From Candidatus Sumerlaeia bacterium (lineage in GTDB: Bacteria > Sumerlaeota > Sumerlaeia > SLMS01), in the NCBI GenBank assembly GCA_038208905.1, contig JBBQYG010000063.1:1-18999 (forward strand): a stretch of DNA of 18,999 nt, read 5' to 3'. Within the stretch, counting starts at the first letter, position 1; the number at the start of each line of letters is the position of its first letter. The notes beneath the pieces are model-generated. The model was not told where the DNA came from and ran no database searches. It saw only the letters and a list, made by a program, of their open reading frames with translations. Positions 6,701 through 13,940 of the stretch are shown here, one piece after another. Made by a program: the position numbers and the translations under genes.

Positions 6701-9191
6701 CTCCATATCGGAATCTGCCTTCAGGCCCGCCCCACTTGAGACCGTGGCGGCCATTGGCATGGCGATCACCGACGTGGATAACGACGGTGACTCCGACATT
6801 ATCGTCGGTGGCAACTCTGATGGGATGCGGATTTTCGTCAACCAGCTGTATAGCCCCGAGATTCGCCCGAATGCCGCTACGTTGACGGACGCGCCAATTT
6901 TCGCGGAGTCTTCGGTGACGTTCATACCAAACCAGTACAGCGTCGCATTCCGACCGGACTTCGGATCCAACACGAGTCCGTCGGGGTCCACGGGATCAGT
7001 TGATTCCGGAGATATCGACCGCGATGGCTACCCCGATATCCTGACTGCCGGCGGCGGCGAGTTCAGCCAAGTGGGTGACAGGACATACGTTCTGCGCAAT
7101 CACGGCCCGAGCTTCCCTGGAGCCCGCTACTTCCAGCCCACGCCAGTATCCAACCCGGCACCTCGGCTCACCACCGACGGCTACGCATTCGGCGAGACCT
7201 CGCTATTCCAGTTCAACCGCGCCACCACGAAGGCCCGCTTCTTTGACTTCGACGGAGACGGCGATCTCGACGTCTTCCAGGCCAATTTCGGCGAGGCGAA
7301 CCAGCTCTTCTACAACAAGAACGCGGAAGAAGAGGATCTCTACGCCAACCAGCCTGCCTTCGCCGGGTTCAACTTCCCCTACTTCAACTCATTGTTCCGC
7401 TACCAGCAGACGGAACGCCGCGTCGGCCGTGCTCCCGATACAGGCACGCCGCCTCCCGCGTCGATTGCCCGTCAGGGCTTCCCCCCGGAAATCATGGAGC
7501 TGACCCGTCTCGGGCACGGCATCTACGAAGTGAATCAAAACTCCCCGCGTGTGGTGTATCCGAACCTCAGTGGCCCGGGAAATCGCGAATTCACCCGCGA
7601 CTTCGCCGTGGGCGACGTCAACAAGGACGGTCGCCCGGATATCTTCCTCGCCAACGGTGTGCGTGACTTCGGCGCACGCAACGTGCTACTCATCAATCGC
7701 CTCGCCGACCCCACCGATCCAAAGTCCGCGATTCTGGTGGACGAAACCTCGACCCGCATACCGCTGGTTCAGGGCCCCGATGGTCAGCCGGGCGCCATCT
7801 TCGACGACACGCGGGCCGTGGCGTTCCTGGATGTCGATTCCGACGGCGATCTGGACTTGATCGTTGGAAACAGCACCGCAGGCCGCCCGGAGGACCGTGG
7901 ACCCAACCTGGTTGAGCGGACGATCCTGTACCTCAACGATGGCACGGGCCGCTTCACCGAGCAGACCAACACCGCCCTGTGGCCCGTCATCTCCCGCTCC
8001 GTTCGCTCCATCACCGTGGCCAACTTCTCGCGCAACGGCGACTTGTCGGAAGATATCGACGGGAACGGCATCGTGACAGACCGCGAGGCACAAGTCTTCA
8101 ACCAGATGGTTGGCGTGCTCGAGTCAACGGTCTTTGCGAACGATCCTCGTCCCATCTATAACGACATCCCGGAAGCAATATCCCGCATCGGGGTTACCGA
8201 AGTCGTTCGCTCCGCCACGAATCCCAACGACACGTTCGTGACCCAGCGCCCGGCGCGGTTTGTTAACCTGAATCGCAACGTCACGCCGCAGGGCCAAGCG
8301 ATCTACGACACAACCTACGACGTGATTTTGTGGACGGCGGACGGAAACCACATCTTCCTGACCAACAATGGAAGCGGCCGATTCGTCGACTCTTCCGGCA
8401 CGGTCTTCCAGGAGCCGGTCCTCGAGGCTGTGTACGACACCGAAGTCGGCGACGTGAACCTCGATGGATGGCCCGATATCGTGCTCGCGGTGGAAGGACT
8501 TCAGCGGGATACCTCGGCCCGCCTTCTGATCAATGGCGCAACACCGGGCCTTACCTTCTTCACGAACCGTACCCAAGGCGAGATTCCGGCGCCCCTTGCC
8601 ACCCTGATCCAAGGCGTGAATAATATAAGCGAGCCCCACGGAAACGCCCGGGCGCTCGAACTCTTCGATGCGGACGGCGACGGCGACCTAGACCTCTACG
8701 TCGGCGAGGTCGGACGCAATTTTGGCGGGGATGCCATAGGCGCACTCGATGCTTTCTACGAGAACCTGCTGATCGGCACAGGGTACCGTTCCAAGGCGGT
8801 CGGCTCGCTCAAGGTTCTTCCCGGCACCGGACCGACCATCAACCCGCGCTTGGCCTTCACGGCGATCCAGCCGAACTCCGGAACCGTTGGTTCCCAGTTC
8901 ACCGTTCGCATTTTCGGGCGTCAGTTCAAGGCGGGCGCCCAGGTATTCCTGGGGCAGGGCATCACGGTGATCGGAACGCCGCAGGTCCTTTCCCCCGAGG
9001 CGATCGATGTGACGATCCGCATCGAGGCAAATGCTCGCATCGGCGGACGGCAGATCTTCGTGTTCAATCCCGATGGCGAAACCGCGGCGAGCGCTCAGGG
9101 TGCCTTTACCATCGGCGTCGTCGGACCTGGCAACCAGACCAACCCCGGCCGCGACACGACGTCGGTCACGGGCTGGGATCTCTTCAACTGA
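705..9191 (+). CDS. Giant secreted multidomain surface protein (pseudo-matrixin, lamin-tail-like, TSP3 x6, FG-GAP propellers, EF-hand, IPT/TIG); true start may be ATG 759
   Basis: 2828-aa uninterrupted ORF with GC-biased third codon positions. A Sec signal peptide [28 protein letters not shown] starts at ATG 759, with a CAGGGGA SD-like sequence upstream. Domain motifs are listed as separate features. Confidence 0.93.
   Translation: [2828 protein letters not shown]
920..1755 (+). other. Matrixin (M10)-like metzincin domain with degenerate active site
   Basis: [23 protein letters not shown] and [19 protein letters not shown] align to D[LI]QxVxTHExGHxLGLxHS. AATLSP sits at the Met-turn position and [15 protein letters not shown] matches the C-terminal helix. 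Boundaries are approximate. Confidence 0.75.
1845..2415 (+). other. Lamin-tail-domain (LTD)-like module
   Basis: VWINEIDY...[21 protein letters not shown]...GIALVD...VIQFLSYG...SLQLQGTG...TRGFPN matches the LTD-type module found in bacterial extracellular nucleases and surface proteins. Confidence 0.75.
4056..4700 (+). repeat. Six tandem thrombospondin type-3 (Ca-binding) repeats of ~36 aa (~108 bp)
   Basis: Six units of DxDxDG[IV]xxxxDNCPxxxNxxQxDxDxxGxGDxC, e.g. [34 protein letters not shown]. Confidence 0.95.
4760..8770 (+). repeat. FG-GAP/VCBS-like repeats, probably two 7-bladed beta-propellers
   Basis: Eleven clear DxxxxGxxD motifs: [110 protein letters not shown]. About three more are degenerate. 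[10 protein letters not shown]-type strands are also present. Confidence 0.88.
8844..9113 (+). other. IPT/TIG (Ig-like) domain
   Basis: [13 protein letters not shown]...[9 protein letters not shown]..GAQV...[11 protein letters not shown]...VFNPDG...AFTI follows the IPT/TIG pattern. Confidence 0.85.
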
Positions 9192-9205
9192 GGAATGGTG
9201 CATCC

Positions 9206-11806
9206 ATGAAGAAGGCAACGATGAATCCGGCGGTGGGCGCGATGGCGCTCGTGTGCTCCCTGATGATGGGCATCCCGTCGGCATCCCCGGCGGGGGAGGA
9301 GGCGGGGAGTCCTCGATTTACCTCTGAATTTCGCTACCTGCTCGATGACCTCCGCCCGATGTCCGCAGAGGATCGCGGACGTGCAGAGAAGAGCGTGCAC
9401 ACGGAGCGCGCAACTCCGCTCTTCCGCCTTCGCGGCAAGCAGAGCGACCAGATTCAGGCCTATGTATGGCTCGATAGCTGGGACCAAGACCTGCGCGATG
9501 CCGTCGTCGCCGCCGGTGCTCAGTTGGAGGAGGAAGACCCCTCCCGCCTCCTGATGCAGGTTTGGCTTCCCATCGACCGGGCAGAGGCCATCGCTTCCAT
9601 CAAGGGCGTCCGGCACATTCGTCGGCCCTCGTATGCGTCCCCCGCTTCAGGGGCGGTGCTGACGGAAGGCGACACGAACATCGGCAGCTTCTTCATCCGC
9701 GCACTCGGAAACAAGAACGGCCTCGGCATTCGCGTGGGCGTGATATCCCACGGACTTTTCGACGCCGGATTCAGTTCGGGGAGCATTCAATCCGGAGGTG
9801 CCAATCGGGATGGTCGGGTGCTGAGTGGTGACCTCCCCATTTTTCCCGTCCCCGACCCCTCTGTAATGGCCCCCACGTTTGGTTTCCTCGGTGGGGTGGA
9901 GATTTTCCCCTCCTCGCCGACGATCCACGACCTGACGCAGGAAGGCGTCCCTGCCTTTGGCCGGACATTCGCCGAAGGCGCCGCGATTCTGGAAATCCTC
10001 CACGATGTTGCGCCCGGTTCCAAGTTATTCTATGCCGACGCCAAGACCGACGTCGAGCTCCAGAGCCGCCGAAACACCATGCTGCGGATCATTGGCTCCG
10101 ACAAGATTCCCTCCATCGATGCGGAGCGCGACGAAGGCGTGGACGTGATCGTGGACGATCTGGTCTTCTACGACTCGGGTCGATTCGACGGCAGCAGCCC
10201 GATTTCCCGCCGGGCGCAGGAGATCGTGCTCAATAACGATGTGGTGTATGTCTCCGCCACGGGCGACTACACCCCTCCGCCTACCGGGTCTGGCACACTC
10301 ACGGCTGCGCAATCGGGGCGGTTTCCGATCTTCGTCAACGGCTACTTCACTCCCGTGCCCGGTGCCAATGATTCCAAGGTCCACAACTGGACCGAAGGCC
10401 GTGCGCCCCAGATCACCGACAACGTGCTACTTGTCCGCCCTCAGTCTGGTGTCATTGACATAGCCGTAGTGTGGGACGATATCTGGGACGATGTAAATCC
10501 CCGGGCCAAGGACGATATCGACCTGTTCCTCCTCAAGCCGCTGGATTTAACGCCGAGCCAGGCGTCTCTTCCTCCTCTGCCCGAGGTGGTGCGCGGTTCC
10601 ACCGACTTGCAGAACGGAACGACCGGGCGCCCCATCGAGCGCTTCACCTACATCGACTCCAGCAACGTCTATGGCAATAACAACTTCCGCCTTGTGATGA
10701 GCCGCAAGAATTCCCTCAACAGTACCCGGACTCTCTTCACGCTGATCATTTTCCAAGGCATCGTGGACAGCTCCGACTCTGTCTATCTGACGCACGGGAT
10801 TGCGGGCAACAATGGCGATGCGCTTCCCCCGGTGATAACCGTTGGCTCTCTCGACGCCCAGCTCGGCGTCGATACGGTGCTCACTTCCACGGTGCCGGGG
10901 CTCTCGCCGGGGCCGGGACGCGCCTTTGATAACAACTTCGTCCGCTGGTTTACGCGCCAAACCACCCCGTCGGTGGTCAGCTACTCCAACGTTACGACGC
11001 GATCCAGCGGCAGCTATTTCCCCGGATCCTCCGCCGCCGCGGCCCACATCGGCGGGCTTGTCTCGCTTCTGCGCCACTCGTTCAGGGACATTCCCGCCTA
11101 CGAATACTACAATATTCTCCGTGCCACGGGAAACGACGCCCAATTCCCCAATGCCACCGCGCTGAACACCGAAACGCTCGAGCCGTTTGGAAATGCTCCA
11201 ACCTACCTTCGCGTCAACGGCTTCGATACCTGGTTCAACCTTGGCGGAAACACTCCTGTGGCGCCTGAGCGCCGCTCGGCCAAGGTCTCGCCGATGCTCT
11301 CCGTCACCGCCTGGGAACCGAGCGACTCCACCGGCGTCTTTGCCGATCCCGATTTCGGCAGCTCCTCCCTTGGCGTCTCGCTTTCCCCGGCAGGCCGCAA
11401 CAACGTCTTTGGCTTCTGGCAGACTCCCGTGCTCGCGTTCAGCGGTCCCGGCGGAACCGAATCCGCCGCATTGTCCACCAACAAGCTCTACCGCCTCACC
11501 GCTCGCATTGGCACCGACGAATCGGACCCGTCTCGCGTACCGGATTTCCGGCTCCGTCTCACCAGTGGCGCCAACGACGAGTCGGGCCTCCTGGTAGTTG
11601 CCGGACTCGACAGCTCCGCCGCCAACACTCCCAACACCATCGGCGGCAAGGAGTACGAGCTGTACTACCGTCCCACCAATTCCGCCGTCGCGGCTCAGGG
11701 GGTGCGCTTCGCGTTCGACCTGATCCACTTCGATCCCAGCGACAACGCCGATGCGACGCTCTTTGTTCAGGACGTGAAGTTCGAAGAGTTCAACATCCCC
11801 GAGTAG
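9206..11806 (+). CDS. Secreted S8 subtilase-like protein with divergent catalytic motifs and a C-terminal beta-rich domain
   Basis: Signal peptide (…GAMALVCSLMMGIPSASPA) followed by a propeptide-like segment (IASIKGVRHIRRP). Motifs GLGIRVGVISHG, EGAAILEILHDVAPGSKLFY, GVDVIVDD, VVYVSATGD, VITVGS and FPGSSAAAAHIGGLVSLL match the S8 subfamily with EGxAMxxIxHDxAPGA. Starts 14 nt after the upstream stop, with a GAGGA SD-like sequence. Confidence 0.88.
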   Translation: MKKATMNPAVGAMALVCSLMMGIPSASPAGEEAGSPRFTSEFRYLLDDLRPMSAEDRGRAEKSVHTERATPLFRLRGKQSDQIQAYVWLDSWDQDLRDAVVAAGAQLEEEDPSRLLMQVWLPIDRAEAIASIKGVRHIRRPSYASPASGAVLTEGDTNIGSFFIRALGNKNGLGIRVGVISHGLFDAGFSSGSIQSGGANRDGRVLSGDLPIFPVPDPSVMAPTFGFLGGVEIFPSSPTIHDLTQEGVPAFGRTFAEGAAILEILHDVAPGSKLFYADAKTDVELQSRRNTMLRIIGSDKIPSIDAERDEGVDVIVDDLVFYDSGRFDGSSPISRRAQEIVLNNDVVYVSATGDYTPPPTGSGTLTAAQSGRFPIFVNGYFTPVPGANDSKVHNWTEGRAPQITDNVLLVRPQSGVIDIAVVWDDIWDDVNPRAKDDIDLFLLKPLDLTPSQASLPPLPEVVRGSTDLQNGTTGRPIERFTYIDSSNVYGNNNFRLVMSRKNSLNSTRTLFTLIIFQGIVDSSDSVYLTHGIAGNNGDALPPVITVGSLDAQLGVDTVLTSTVPGLSPGPGRAFDNNFVRWFTRQTTPSVVSYSNVTTRSSGSYFPGSSAAAAHIGGLVSLLRHSFRDIPAYEYYNILRATGNDAQFPNATALNTETLEPFGNAPTYLRVNGFDTWFNLGGNTPVAPERRSAKVSPMLSVTAWEPSDSTGVFADPDFGSSSLGVSLSPAGRNNVFGFWQTPVLAFSGPGGTESAALSTNKLYRLTARIGTDESDPSRVPDFRLRLTSGANDESGLLVVAGLDSSAANTPNTIGGKEYELYYRPTNSAVAAQGVRFAFDLIHFDPSDNADATLFVQDVKFEEFNIPE

Positions 11807-11836
11807 GCACGCACCAACTCCATCCGCGCAAAATCA

Positions 11837-11868
11837 AATCGGCGCCCCTCGCGAGAAGGGCGCCGATT
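11837..11868. terminator. Bidirectional intrinsic terminator between convergent genes
   Basis: Perfect 11-bp inverted repeat AATCGGCGCCC / GGGCGCCGATT around an inner TC-GCGA-GA (GNRA) hairpin. A-rich 5' flank (AAAATCA) and T-containing 3' flank (GCTTTAT). Confidence 0.85.
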
Positions 11869-11899
11869 GCTTTATCCGTTGGTCTTGCGCCAGCTTGCC

Positions 11900-13024
<1,125 letters not shown>

Positions 13025-13138
13025 GGGGCGAGCCGGTTCCTTTTCCTAGTGTGCGGCGGGACTACCGCTGGATCACGAGATGTCTTGGGGCAACGCTGCG
13101 CGAGGGTCAAGCGCGCTCGCACCGCTCCAAGCGGAAAA

Positions 13139-13489
13139 CTAAATTTTTCGCGCCTTCCGAGCCGCGATGAAGGAGCGGACGCATAGGACGAGGAAGGCAA
13201 CCGTCATCGCGAGCGTAAGTATCTGGGCGATGACCGCGGGACGTGTAAAGTCGGAGGCACCAGCGACTCGAACACCCAGCGCCACGATCACCAGAAGCGA
13301 CAGCGCCGCCGCCGCGTGCATGGCGTGCCTGCGCAGCGAGGGCTTCATGGAGATGATCCCGACCGCCAGAAAGACAACGCCAAGGAAGCTCGGAATCAGC
13401 GCTGTCACGCTCGCCATGCCTGTCAGCACGTAAGTTACCATGCCCAGCACGATCAGGGAGAGGGAGAAGATAAGTGTGTTCTGGACCAT
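13139..13489 (-). CDS. Small 4-TM membrane protein of unknown function (116 aa)
   Basis: Start placed at ATG 13489 (MVQNTLIFSL...). Four hydrophobic segments. Conserved-looking TALIP, RRHAMH and CVRSFIAAR motifs resemble a widespread hypothetical membrane family. Confidence 0.8.
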   Translation of the reverse strand: MVQNTLIFSLSLIVLGMVTYVLTGMASVTALIPSFLGVVFLAVGIISMKPSLRRHAMHAAAALSLLVIVALGVRVAGASDFTRPAVIAQILTLAMTVAFLVLCVRSFIAARKARKI

Positions 13490-13940
13490 GGAGGCACCGC
13501 CCTGTCTGGGACTTCGGCGACTGATCCCCGCCGTTGGCCGAAGAGTGCCCGCCAAAGCCGGAGGGGCAAGCCGGGTTTGTCCCGGCCGTGAAACAGACCA
13601 TCATGAAGTTCTCGACCGGTAGATCCCCGCCAACGGCGACGGCGCATTCAGCCCCCACTCCGCGTTGTTGAGCGGATTGGGGTGGTGCCGTCGTAGTTGA
13701 ACGCGAGTTCGTCTACCTCTCCCTCCGCCGCAAGGCTCCTTGAGCGAACTGGAGATCACCTCCGACGTTGGGAACAGGTTCCGACAGTGCTGCGCGAGGA
13801 GCGTCGCCGAGCCCTCAGCGTTGGGACCCAACATACAGGTGCCGCCGAGCGTCTCATAGTTCGGTGACTTTGTGGTCTATGATATGGCGAACCAGACGTG
13901 GGGCCTTGCCCCGCCTTGGGCGCTGGGGAACAACCAACCC

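Noticed and set aside
13080-13110. TTGACC -35-like hexamer upstream of the ABC ATPase on the minus strand
   Set aside because: No convincing -10 element at 16-18 bp spacing.
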